Source: Fidelibacterota bacterium (GTDB lineage Bacteria; Fidelibacterota; Fidelibacteria; Fidelibacterales; DSDE01). Taken from it: a stretch of 64,000 nt of DNA. The stretch covers positions 50,727-114,726 of the forward strand of contig JBJKQR010000047.1 in assembly GCA_046735395.1 (NCBI GenBank), in the 5' to 3' direction. Shown here one piece after another: positions 8,828 through 20,000 of the stretch. The translations under genes and the position numbers were made by a program. Below the pieces are notes generated by a model that was not told where the DNA came from, ran no database searches, and saw only the letters and a list, made by a program, of their open reading frames with translations. Within the stretch, counting starts at the first letter, position 1. Each line of letters begins with the position of its first letter.

Positions 8828-11800
8828 ATGAAAAAAACACAACTGATTCTGCTACTGGCACTTACAGTTTTTCTGACTGTGGGCAGTACGGTGCTGTCGG
8901 CAGCGAAAAATGCGTCAAGTCTGGCGGAGAGAGACTCACAGGGTCGCCTGGTTTATGCCGACGATGCCATTACTGTAAAATTCAAACCTCAGGTTAAATT
9001 GAATCTGGCCAGCAAGAGCCTGGCGCGGACCGGAATTCCGTCCGTTGATTCCAAACTTGATCATTACGGCGTTCTGGAAATGACGCAGAGATTCAAACAG
9101 AAACCCCTGGCAAAAGGAAGCAAACTTCCGGACCTGAGACGTATATACAAGATTGAGGTTCCCGCGGGAGCAAACCTCCAGAAAATGATAAATGATTTCA
9201 ATGCGGATCCGAATGTGGAATATGCGGAACGCATTCCCATGGATTACCAGATGGCGGTTCCGGATGATGAATATTATACGGAATGGCTCTATCATCTGCC
9301 TCAGATTCATGCCGAGCAGGCCTGGGACGTGTGGAAGGGCGAAGATGGTGATCCCAATGATCCCGTGGTTATTTCCATCTGTGATACGGGGATAGACTGG
9401 AAACATCCGGATCTGGCCGCAAATATCTATAATAACCTGGGTGAAGATGCGGATGGCGACGGCCACGTTCTCGAACAGGACGGGAATGGTGAATGGATAT
9501 TTGATCCCGGCGATGTAAATGACGTGGATGACGATGGAAACGGATATGTCGATGATTTTATCGGCTGGAATGTCGTTGCCGACCAGTATGGAAATGAAAA
9601 TAACGATCCCATGGATCCTGCGACCCGCGGCCATGGTAGCCACTGCGCGGGCCTTGCAGCCGGTGTGACGAATAACGGTACGGGTATTGCCAGCATCAGC
9701 TGGAATATCAAGGTCATGTGTACCTCCCATGGTTTCGTCGGTGATAACGGAACCAGTGTTTACAATGCCTATCAGGGAATTATTTATGCTGCCGAAAACG
9801 GCGCTGATGTGATCAATACCAGCTGGGGCGGTGGCGGCTATTCCCAGTCATCCGAAGAAGTGATTGCCTATGCCTACGGGTTGGGATCCATCATCGTGAG
9901 TTCCGCCGGAAATAATGACAATGCAGTTCACCAGTACCCCAGCGACTATCCTAATGTCGTCAGCGTCGCTTCCGTGGACCGCTATGACCAGAAGGCATGG
10001 TATTCCACCTATGGTATCGGTGTGGATGTGTGTACGCCCGGCGGAAATCATGAACCCGGCCTGCTGAGCACGGTTTCCTATGATAATGTGGAAGGATTCC
10101 CGGGATATGATTTTTATTCCGGTACTTCCATGGCCTCACCCGTAACGGTCGGTCTCTTCGGCCTGGTAAAATCCAAATACCCGGACTGGACCAATGAGCA
10201 GCTGATTACCCAGGTCATCGGTACGACAGATAATATTGATTCTCATATTCCGGATTATATCGGACTGATGGGCAGCGGTCGTATCAATGCCTACAAGGCT
10301 TTGACTGCCACGGATGTCCATGTGCCCCAGATACTGGAACTCGAAATCTGGGATGTCCAGACGGACAATCAGAATGTCTTTGACGGACAGATGATGCCCG
10401 GTGACACAGCCCGTTTCAGTCTGACTTTCAGAAACTACAGCCATTTCGTGGCTGACAGCAGCGCACGGATTCTGCTTGTATCGGATGATCCGGGTATTGA
10501 AATCGTCAAGGGAAGTGTCGTTGACACAATTTTCGCAGATGGATACAGCGATATCGATTATGATTTCACACTTGCGGTCAACGAACAAACAACGACTCAC
10601 ACGGCTGCCTGCAAATTTGTTGTAGAGTCCGATATGGCGGATATTCCCCTCGGAAGCGAATACCCTTTCAACGTGGTGATCAGTACCATCCAGAGCACAC
10701 CGGCTGCGCTGAATTTCAATGAAACCTATGGTGACGGATCCGAAAAATCCTTCACATTGTCGAATGTGGGAACGGACCCCATCGATTTTGTTACCGAAGC
10801 GGTTGAATACTCACCGCCCTACTTTCATCTGGATACAACCAATGCCTACGACGGCCTGTCCTGGTGGTGTGCGGATGTCAATCTGGGACGCTACGCTGAT
10901 AATACACTTCAGTTCATGGATCTGCCTGTTCTGGATACAGACGGAGCGACAGCCCCGGTACTGACCTTCATGTCTGACTGGGATCTGGAAGGATCAACCG
11001 GTGCGGCCGATCCCTACGACGGCTGGGATGGCGCGAATGTGTGGGTTTCCACGGACAGTGGAAAAACTTTCAATGTCATGCCTCCGACCTCACCGGTATA
11101 TACCGCAACCAGCCTCTGGAGTTTTTCCAAGTGGGGTTACGGTGTCGGAATACCGGGATGGAACGGAAACAGTGATGGCTGGCAGGCTGTGGAATTTGAC
11201 CTGTCTCCCTACAAGAGTAAAAATCTCATCATCCGTTTCGCATTCGCATCTGATGAAAATACGAACGCGACAGGCTGGTGGCTGGATAATATTAAGGTCG
11301 CCGATGGAGCCAACGTGATGTATGAGAATAACGGAACCATGGAATCCTCCATTATGCTTCAGGGTTCGGGCGGTGAAGCCCTTTCTGCCGACTGGATGAA
11401 TGTTTCAGTTTCCGAAGCGACTCTGCAAGCATCCAGCGATCTGAATATTACGGTCGGTGTTGACACGAGGAACCTGGAATCGGGTGCACACAGCGCGGCT
11501 GTTCGGATTATCATGGACACAACCGTTGTGGTTGCAAATATCCCGATCAATCTCTTTGTCGCACCGCCTGCGCATGATCTCAAGGCTAACACTTTTGAAG
11601 TTCCGGATGATAAATTTCTCATCCTCCAGCCCAAGCCGCTGAAATTCAAACTCGATAATCGGGGTGAGAATGATGAAACGGAAGTCCGGACCATCGTTGA
11701 TTTCTATCAGAATGATGCGGTGGCTTTCTCCGATACAGTGGTTGTGGATCAGTTTCCGGCCGGAACGTCAATGAACCTCGAAACAGCTCCGTTCCGTGCG

Positions 11801-12664
11801 ATCCGGGGAGGGGATTATGAAGTGAGGCTTCAGGTGACGAATGTGACCGATGATTACAATGCCTTCAATGACACCTTGTCCGGTATTGTTAAGGTTGATA
11901 ATATCTTTGAGGATTTCTCCACCAATACCGGCGCCTGGGATTTCCAGGGAATGGCGATTGATACGGGCCACACCGGCTTCGGCGATATTTATGCTCTGTA
12001 TATTGATCAGGGACATCTGCCCTATCGGGCAGATCTCAATACCTCGGCGACCTATGCGCCGGGACTGGATGTTTCCGGGATGACCCAGGGAACCTTGTCC
12101 TTCATGGCCCAGTTTGCAACCCAGGCCGATGTGGACATTCTCTATCTCGATGTATCCACGGATAATACAAATTGGGAAAACCGTGGCCAGGTTTCCGGAA
12201 CCTCCAAACAGTTCAAGCAGTTCCGGACGGACGTGACTGATCTGATTCAGGGCGGTGCCGACAGAATCTGGTTCCGTTTCCGTTTTGTCTCCGACGCGAC
12301 GACTCAGCTTTACGGTCTGTTTGTGGATAATATCGGTTTCTTCAATGAGGAATTTCTGGCTGTGGACGGAAGGGAAGACATTCCCACGAAGTTTGCCCTG
12401 AACCAGAATTATCCCAATCCCTTCAATCCGACTACGACCATCAGCTACGCACTTCCGGAAGCATCTGCTGTGACGCTGACCGTTTTCAACATACGCGGTG
12501 AAAAGATCCGCGAATGGTCTGTCAGTAATCAGACACCGGGAAATTATGACCTGGTATGGGATGCAAAGGATCAGTCGGGACGGATTATTTCGTCCGGTGT
12601 CTATTTTTACAGGCTGAAGACGAAAAATAACATCGAACAGAAAAAGATGCTCTTCCTCAAATAA
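8828..12664 (+). CDS. Secreted multidomain S8 subtilisin-like protease with T9SS C-terminal sorting domain
   Basis: Signal peptide; triad ICDTG / GHGSHCAG / GTSMAS; Ca-loop DDDGNGYVDD; beta-sandwich modules; CTD LNQNYPNPFNPTTTISYALP...SGVYFYRL...KKMLFLK. Confidence 0.93.
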   Translation: MKKTQLILLLALTVFLTVGSTVLSAAKNASSLAERDSQGRLVYADDAITVKFKPQVKLNLASKSLARTGIPSVDSKLDHYGVLEMTQRFKQKPLAKGSKLPDLRRIYKIEVPAGANLQKMINDFNADPNVEYAERIPMDYQMAVPDDEYYTEWLYHLPQIHAEQAWDVWKGEDGDPNDPVVISICDTGIDWKHPDLAANIYNNLGEDADGDGHVLEQDGNGEWIFDPGDVNDVDDDGNGYVDDFIGWNVVADQYGNENNDPMDPATRGHGSHCAGLAAGVTNNGTGIASISWNIKVMCTSHGFVGDNGTSVYNAYQGIIYAAENGADVINTSWGGGGYSQSSEEVIAYAYGLGSIIVSSAGNNDNAVHQYPSDYPNVVSVASVDRYDQKAWYSTYGIGVDVCTPGGNHEPGLLSTVSYDNVEGFPGYDFYSGTSMASPVTVGLFGLVKSKYPDWTNEQLITQVIGTTDNIDSHIPDYIGLMGSGRINAYKALTATDVHVPQILELEIWDVQTDNQNVFDGQMMPGDTARFSLTFRNYSHFVADSSARILLVSDDPGIEIVKGSVVDTIFADGYSDIDYDFTLAVNEQTTTHTAACKFVVESDMADIPLGSEYPFNVVISTIQSTPAALNFNETYGDGSEKSFTLSNVGTDPIDFVTEAVEYSPPYFHLDTTNAYDGLSWWCADVNLGRYADNTLQFMDLPVLDTDGATAPVLTFMSDWDLEGSTGAADPYDGWDGANVWVSTDSGKTFNVMPPTSPVYTATSLWSFSKWGYGVGIPGWNGNSDGWQAVEFDLSPYKSKNLIIRFAFASDENTNATGWWLDNIKVADGANVMYENNGTMESSIMLQGSGGEALSADWMNVSVSEATLQASSDLNITVGVDTRNLESGAHSAAVRIIMDTTVVVANIPINLFVAPPAHDLKANTFEVPDDKFLILQPKPLKFKLDNRGENDETEVRTIVDFYQNDAVAFSDTVVVDQFPAGTSMNLETAPFRAIRGGDYEVRLQVTNVTDDYNAFNDTLSGIVKVDNIFEDFSTNTGAWDFQGMAIDTGHTGFGDIYALYIDQGHLPYRADLNTSATYAPGLDVSGMTQGTLSFMAQFATQADVDILYLDVSTDNTNWENRGQVSGTSKQFKQFRTDVTDLIQGGADRIWFRFRFVSDATTQLYGLFVDNIGFFNEEFLAVDGREDIPTKFALNQNYPNPFNPTTTISYALPEASAVTLTVFNIRGEKIREWSVSNQTPGNYDLVWDAKDQSGRIISSGVYFYRLKTKNNIEQKKMLFLK

Positions 12665-12687
12665 GCGCATCAGACAGCATAATTCGT

Positions 12688-12720
12688 AAAGGGCTGCCGG
12701 ATTTCGGCAGCCCTTTTTTT
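12688..12720 (+). terminator. Rho-independent terminator
   Basis: AAAGGGCTGCCG-GATTT-CGGCAGCCC followed by T7. Confidence 0.9.
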
Positions 12721-12829
12721 ATTGGGATTTAATTGTAAAATTATCCAGAATCGTTTTGATGAACCTGATACAGGCTCCTGTCTTGTGCGTTGAAAAACAG
12801 CTCTGCTTCAGGGCATTTTGAAACATCAG

Positions 12830-12858
12830 TTGAAAAAAGCGAATTATCGCAATAAATT
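12830..12858 (+). promoter_or_regulatory. sigma70-type promoter
   Basis: TTGAAA-17 nt-TAAATT, 25 nt before ATG 12884. Confidence 0.55.
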
Positions 12859-12883
12859 CACCGGGTAAAAAAAGAGACCGACT

Positions 12884-13150
12884 ATGATATTGGGCAAAGT
12901 GACCGGAACAGTGTGGGCGACGAAGAAGGATGAGAAGCTGGATGGAGCCAAATTTTTAATCGTTCAGCATTACAATATGGATCTCACACCTCAGGATCGT
13001 TTTACAGTCGCAGTGGACAGCGTGGGCGCCGGTGCCGGCGAATTTGTTCTCTTTGCAGCCGGAAGCTCTGCCCGGCAGACCGTACAGACCAAGGATAAGC
13101 CGGTTGATGCGGTTATCATGGCCATTATTGATGAACTGGATATGAAATAA
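12884..13150 (+). CDS. EutN/CcmL-family microcompartment vertex (BMC-P) protein
   Basis: MILGKVTGTVWATKK...VAVDSVGAGAGE...GSSAR...PVDAVIMAIID. Confidence 0.93.
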   Translation: MILGKVTGTVWATKKDEKLDGAKFLIVQHYNMDLTPQDRFTVAVDSVGAGAGEFVLFAAGSSARQTVQTKDKPVDAVIMAIIDELDMK

Positions 13151-13437
13151 TGCGTCTCGGACAGGTTGTGGGAAATATCTGGGCCACCCAGAAACCGGAC
13201 ACGCTGAAGGGAAAGCGGCTTCTGATCGTTCAGCCGAAGGATTTTGAGACACTTGAAAATGCGGGCGATCCGCTGGTTGCCGTGGATACGGTGGAAGCCG
13301 GACGCGGAACCTGGGTTTTTTACGTGCTTTCCCGTGAGGCGACCATTCCGTTGCCGAACCCTTTTAATCCCGTCGATGCAAGTATAGTAGGGATCGTCGA
13401 TCGCATTGATCTCGCTGACAGGCAGATAGCATTATGA
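13150..13437 (+). CDS. EutN/CcmL-family microcompartment vertex (BMC-P) protein, second paralog
   Basis: MRLGQVVGNIWATQK...VAVDTVEAGRG...PVDASIVGIVD; TAATG overlap with the first copy. Confidence 0.92.
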   Translation: MRLGQVVGNIWATQKPDTLKGKRLLIVQPKDFETLENAGDPLVAVDTVEAGRGTWVFYVLSREATIPLPNPFNPVDASIVGIVDRIDLADRQIAL

Positions 13438-14027
13438 GAAAAATCGTATTTGCCACACATAACCGGGACAAGATCCGGGAAATTCGCGCCAAGCTGACGG
13501 GGCAGGTGGAATTATTGACACTGGACGACCTTCCGGATATGCCGGATGTGGAAGAGGATGGTGAAACCCTCGAAGCCAATGCGGTGAAGAAAGCTGAGGA
13601 AATCTTCGCGTTCTGCGGAATTCCCTGTATTGCTGATGATACGGGACTGGAAGTGGACGCGCTTGCCGGCGCTCCGGGCGTATACAGCGCACGCTATGCC
13701 GGTGAGAATGCGAGTTATGACGATAACGTGAACAGACTCCTTGAAGATATGCGAAATATTCCCCGGGAACAAAGACGTGCCGTATTTCGTACAGTGATGG
13801 CATACACGGATGAACGGGGAACACTGACCGTCGAGGGAAGTACCTACGGGCAGATATGTCAGGAGAAACATGGTGGTAACGGGTTTGGATATGATCCTGT
13901 TTTTCTGGTTCAGGGAAGTGATAAGACCTATTCGGACATGGAACTCAGTGAAAAAAATTCGCTCAGTCACCGTGGAAAAGCTGTCAATTCTCTCATTTCT
14001 TTATTGAATAAAAAAGGAATTCTTTAA
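13434..14027 (+). CDS. rdgB: Non-canonical purine NTP pyrophosphatase (RdgB/HAM1)
   Basis: FATHNRDK, ADDTGLEVDAL, APGVYSARYAG, GFGYDPVF, KNSLSHRGKA. Confidence 0.95.
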   Translation: MRKIVFATHNRDKIREIRAKLTGQVELLTLDDLPDMPDVEEDGETLEANAVKKAEEIFAFCGIPCIADDTGLEVDALAGAPGVYSARYAGENASYDDNVNRLLEDMRNIPREQRRAVFRTVMAYTDERGTLTVEGSTYGQICQEKHGGNGFGYDPVFLVQGSDKTYSDMELSEKNSLSHRGKAVNSLISLLNKKGIL

Positions 14028-14096
14028 AATCGATCTTAAAATGAAAAGGAGCAGCGCAGTCGGATTTTGATATCGGGATAGGATGAAAGGAAATAT

Positions 14097-17000
14097 TTGA
14101 AAGAGAAATCTGTCAGACTTCTGAAGATTGCTACGTTTTGCTCTGGTCTCATCATCGCTTTTCTGGGAACTGTCATAGCCCAGGAATCGGACAGTGGGAT
14201 ACAATTTAGCTACCGGTACCGTCCGCTGGGCGTCATGCCTGATTACTCGGAAAAACCCTCGGGTTTTTCCGCGATGACTCCGGACAGCCTGGATCCGCTG
14301 TCTACCAGCTATCCGGTGAAAATTTCCGGACTGATGCTTTTCAGTCAGCCCGACAAGAGCGGGAATCTGCTGGTTCAGTACGAGATGCTGAATGGCTTCC
14401 GCCTCCGGCTACCCTCTGTCGTCAGCTTCAGGGATTATTATCCTCTCCAGCGAAAACGGACGGAAGCGCAGCTCTGGCAGGACAAGGTGGCTTCGACCCT
14501 GTTTACGGAAGAGACCAAGAGCAAGGAGAGCAGCATAGAACTGATCGGCGCGGATATTGCCGGCCAGCGTGTCTCGCTGCGCGTCATGGGAAATATATCC
14601 ATCTCCGGACGGCTGAACAACCAGACGCAGGCGACACAGATCACCAATTTCAATCAGACCAATACCAGCAATTTTATTCTCGACCAGACTCAGAACTTCA
14701 ATATCGAGGGCCGCATCGGAGACCGGCTGAGCATCAAGGTGGATCAGGACAGTGAACGGGATTTCAATTTTGAGAATACTCTGAAAATTTTCTATACCGG
14801 CCAGGAAGATGAAATCGTTCAGAGAATCGATGCCGGAAACATCGACCTGTCCCTGTCCGGAACGCAGTTTGTCACCGGAAAGGCCAATACATCCGGTCTC
14901 TTCGGTATCAAGGCGCTGCTGAAGATCGGCCCGGTGGATCTGACCGCCATTGCCTCTGTGGAAGAAGGCCAGAACAAGAAAACCACCTGGGGGGGCGGAT
15001 CGGACAGCGAACCGCTGAAGATCAAGGATCATCAGTATCTCCGAAATAAGTACTTCTTTATTAATAAGGAATTTCGCAACAGCATGTACCCGCTTGATGA
15101 CATGGGCCGCTTTGTCATCCACCGACAGGTCCGGGAATTTGAACTGTACAAGAATGTGCCGGAAACGGAAGTCGGTGCCTTTACTGCCACGGCCTGGATT
15201 GATCCCAATGACACGACAGCGGCCGTGAATGATTTTGCCGAACGGAACCTGTTTTTCAAGCGGTTGGAACGGGATGTGGACTACGAACTGAACGAGAATC
15301 TGGGTTATTTCAAAATGATGTCCTTTGTCAATCCGTCGGATGTGATTGCCATCGCCTACCGGGATGAATCCGTGGATCCCGGCTCGCTGGTGCCGGTGAT
15401 GCAGGAGGGGGACCTGATCAGCCAGGACTCCACCGTGAAGAATCTCAAACTGATCAAACCCCAGAACCCGCAGCCGAAAAACCCGACCTGGGACCTTGAA
15501 TTCAAGAATGTATACTCTCTGGGAACCACCAATATCAATGCGGAAGGATTTGACTTGAAGATTTATAATTCTTCCGTGGCCTCGCCCATTGACCGTGATG
15601 AAAACGGAACCTATCTCCGGACCTTCGGCCTGGATAATCAGGACGAAAACGGCGTGCCCGGCGTGCATGATGAGATTATGGATAACAATCCGGCAGTCCT
15701 GCGCATGAATGATGGCGAACTGTGGTTTCCCTATCTGGAACCCTTTACATCGGAAAAAACGGATCCGGCCAATGCCATTCCCGGAGAATTCAATCCCGAT
15801 CTGCCGGAGGCCCTGTCGTCCCACTTTCTCTACGATACGACCTCCACATCGCTGATCAATTCCGACTCAAAATTTTATATTCAGGTGAAATACACGAACC
15901 GCAGCTCCGAGATACAGCTTGCCGACCCCATGATCATCGAAGGCAGTGAGGAAATCACAGCCGGAGGCGTCCTGCTCACGCGGGGTGTGGACTATACCAT
16001 TGATTATTTCACGGGTCATGTTTCTCTGATCACTCCGGAGGCACGGAATCCCAGCGCCGCGCTGAATATTACTTACAATGCGCGGACCCTCTTTCAGCTG
16101 GACAAGAAAACCGTGGCCGGTGTCCGGGCCGAATACAAATTCGGTGACCGGAATTTCCTCGGTAGTACCTTCATGTATTACAACCAGAGTTCCATTGATG
16201 ATCAGGTCCGGGTGGGGGAGGAACCTTTCCGGAATATGATCTGGGATATCAATGGAAATGTGGGCTATGACATTAACTGGCTGACCCGGGCCATCAATGC
16301 CCTGCCGCTGATCGAGACATCGGATCCCAGTAGTATCAAGGTTTCCGGTGAAATTGCCCAGATTCTGCCCAACCCAAATACCATCAACAATCCGGATACG
16401 GGCGATCCGAAAGGTGTGGCCAATATTGATGATTTCGAGGGGGCCAAGCAGACGACACCCATGGGCGTGGAAAAGAACGGCTGGTTCCCCGCTTCCCGCC
16501 CGGTGAATGACGCCCTTAGTTATGATGGCCGCGAACAGGGTTTTCTATTCTGGTACAATCCCTGGGGAGATATTCCCACACGCCAGATCTGGCCGGATAA
16601 ACAGACGTCATCCACCATGAACAACGATGTGACACGCGTCCTGAATCTGGTTCTGGATCCGACGGTCAATGGCATCACCGGTCAGGGGACCGGCGCCGAA
16701 GATAAGAAGGATGTCTGGGGCGGTGTCATGCGTCCGCTCTACAGCGGCGCCTGGGACCAGAGCGAAAGCAAATATATCGAAGTCTGGGCCCGGGGAACAA
16801 AGGGAATTCTGCAGCTGGATCTGGGGAAAATTTCCGAGGATCTGGATCTTTTCGATACGACGTCCCAGACAATCCGGGTGAACCACCGCCTTGATACGGA
16901 AGACAAGCCTATTCCCGGCACCGGTATGACGACCGGAAACGGGATTCTGGAAACCAGTGAAAATATCGGTATCAACGGACTGACGGATGAACAGGAAATC

Positions 17001-20000
17001 TTTTACGGAATTGATCCGGAACTGGATAATTACAAATACGACCAGGGTTCCCGGGATTATCGCCACGCCAATGGCGAGGAACGGAACAACGATTACTTCT
17101 ATCCCAATACGGAGGATATCAGCAATAATGGCAAGCTGGATTATTTCAACTCGTATTTCAGTTACGAGATAAATCTGGCCAACAGCGATTATTTTATCAC
17201 GGAAACCGAATTTTCCGATGGCAAGCCCACAGGCTGGAAATTGTACCGGATTCCTCTTTCCCTGCCTGTAGAGAGGGTGAACAGCCCGGCCATGACGGAC
17301 ATACAGATCTTCCGTCTCATCTATACGGGCTGTGCTGATCAGGATACGGTGCAGATCGCCGGTGTGGGCCTGGTGGGCAATGAATGGCAGGAGATCGGGA
17401 TCGCCGCCGACAGTACTGAAAACTATGTAGTGAATGACAATGTATTTAAAATTGCCGTAGTGAATACGGAAGACAATCCTGAGTACGACAGCCCGCGGGG
17501 TGTGATGGGAAAACTGGACCCGGTCTATAATGTGCGGGCCAAGGAACAGTCTCTGGCCATGCGGGTGCAGGATCTGTCACCCGGGACCCGGACCGCCGCC
17601 AAGAAATCACTCTGGGATAATGAAAATTACATGAATTATCAGTCCATGAAGATGTTCGTTCATGGTGATGTGAATTATCCCTCTGATTCGACCCAGGTGA
17701 AATTCTACATCCGCATGGGAAATATCAGCGGCGTGGAACTGAAGGATTACTATGAAATCGTCACACCTGTCTTTGCCGGATGGGATACGAAAAATTTCAT
17801 TGATCTCCAGTTCAATGACATCACGCGGCTGAAGCAGCTGGTGGTGGGTGACAGCATCAATACCTTTGTGTCGGCTGACGGCCAGACCCGGATGCTCTAT
17901 CTGACGGATGAATCCGGCGAACGGACCGGCCGGACCTATAAAGTCGTGGGTTCACCGTCCTTTTCGCGTGTCAATTATTTCGTCATCGGCCTCATCAACG
18001 ACACGGACCGGGATTATACCGGCGAAGTCTGGATCAACGAGCTGCGGGTCAGTGACCCTCTCATCGAAAAGGGCATTGCCTTCCGAGGCGCTGTGGATAT
18101 GGATATCGCCGGAATTGCCTCCATCAATGTGAACGGGAACTATAAGGACGCCTCCTTTCACCAGGTCAATCAGCAGTACTCCACAACCGGCAATACGGAC
18201 AATCTGGTGGACAACAAGTCTGTCAATGTCAATATCAAAATGAATCCGCACAAACTGCTGCCGAAAAGCTGGTCCCTGTCCATGCCGGTGAGCCTCAGCT
18301 ATTCCGACAAGCAGGACATCCCCATCTATGTGCCCGGCTCTGACATCCGCCTGTCTGCCGTACCTGACAGCCTTCTGAGGCTGAATCACAGTATCGGCCT
18401 CAGCACATCATTCAAGAAGACGTCCAAATCTGACTTCTGGCTATCCAAATATACCATCGACCGTCTGGGGGCGAATTTCAGCTACGCCCGGACAAATTCA
18501 TCGGACCGGACCATCCGCGACAATCACTCGACAGCCTATAAGGGCGGTGTGAGCTACAGCCTGAATTTTCCGAAGGGTAACGGAATTTCCTATCTTTCGT
18601 GGATTCCCTTTTATGGAGATAACCTGGAATCCATGAAATTCTACCTTATTCCCTCCAATTTCAGTTATAATATCAATATGAATGAGGATACGCGTTTCAA
18701 TCAGCCGCGCCGTGGCGCATCCACATCCACCTATAAGCTGAACATGAGCCAGTCCACCAGTCTCAGTTACAGTCCCTTCGATAATCTGACAGCAGGCTTC
18801 AAGCGAGCCACAAATAACAATCTGGACAGCCTGAGATACCGGAAGACGGATATCATCCGTCAGTTCGATACGGGTTTCCGGGTGGGTGAGAATGAAAACT
18901 ATTCCCTGAATTTCAATCCGAAATTCGGTTCGGTTTTTGCGCCCAGACTGTCCTATACGTCGGCATTCCGTGTGGGCAATACCATGAGCCTGCCCTACAG
19001 CTCGACCTCCAACAGCCGGAATGCATCCGCATCCTTCGATCTGGATCCGGCCAAGGTTTTTAATGCCATATTCAAGGGAAAGGACTCCAACAGGCCGAAT
19101 TCCCGTCCTGATGCCGGTCGTGGCAGGCCCAGTCCCCGTCCGCGTCCGGGGAGCAAGAAACCGGAGAAGACGGCCGGGAAAAAGGAAAAGAAGGAATTTT
19201 CGCTTGTGAATTTCATCAGCAGCGGCCTGGGCCGGATTCAGCCCCTCAGCTTCAATATGTCCGAAAACCGGTCCCTGACAAATCAGGGCGTGGTTCTGGG
19301 AGACAGTACCCTCTACCGGGCTCCGGTCAATTTTCTCTATCGCCTCGGCCTTTCCGATACTCCCTCGGACAGCATCGCCTGGAATATTGTGGGAAATAAC
19401 GCCAGTTCCGTCAATACCAAACGGAATCTGAGTGTCCGCAGTGGAATCAAGATTTTCAACAATATCACGTCGTCCTTCAATTTCAAGTATGACCAGACGG
19501 AAAACAATTCCGGTAATAATGTGATGCTCAATACCAGCCGCGGATTCCTGCCTCTTGGAGAAACGGGCAGTCAGGGTATTCCCATGGTGGACTGGTCTCT
19601 CAAATGGTCCGGCCTGAACAAGCTTCCCTTCGTCAAAGATTATGTGAAGAGTCTGACTCTGGATCATGCCTATAACGGGCAGGAAACCATATCAAAACAG
19701 AATGGTGAAGTAAAAAGCTTTACCTACTCCATGAACTTCATGCCGCTCATCGGCCTGGGCGCCAAGTTCAATAACGGGATTTCCAGCGAACTTCGCTATT
19801 CTCTCTCCCACGATATCGTGAATCAGAATACGGATACCCGGAAAACCCTTTCCGAAAACGGAACCTTTACGATTACATATTCCAAAAAAGGCGGCCTGCA
19901 TATACCCATTCCCTTTCTGGAAGATCTGAACATGCAGAATACCATTGATTTTTCCATGAATGCGAATTATTCCACCCGCAGTGTTTACCTGAGAAAAATT

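Noticed and set aside
12884..13437. Ethanolamine-utilisation or carboxysome locus
   Set aside because: No eutBC, RuBisCO or hexamer shell genes in the window
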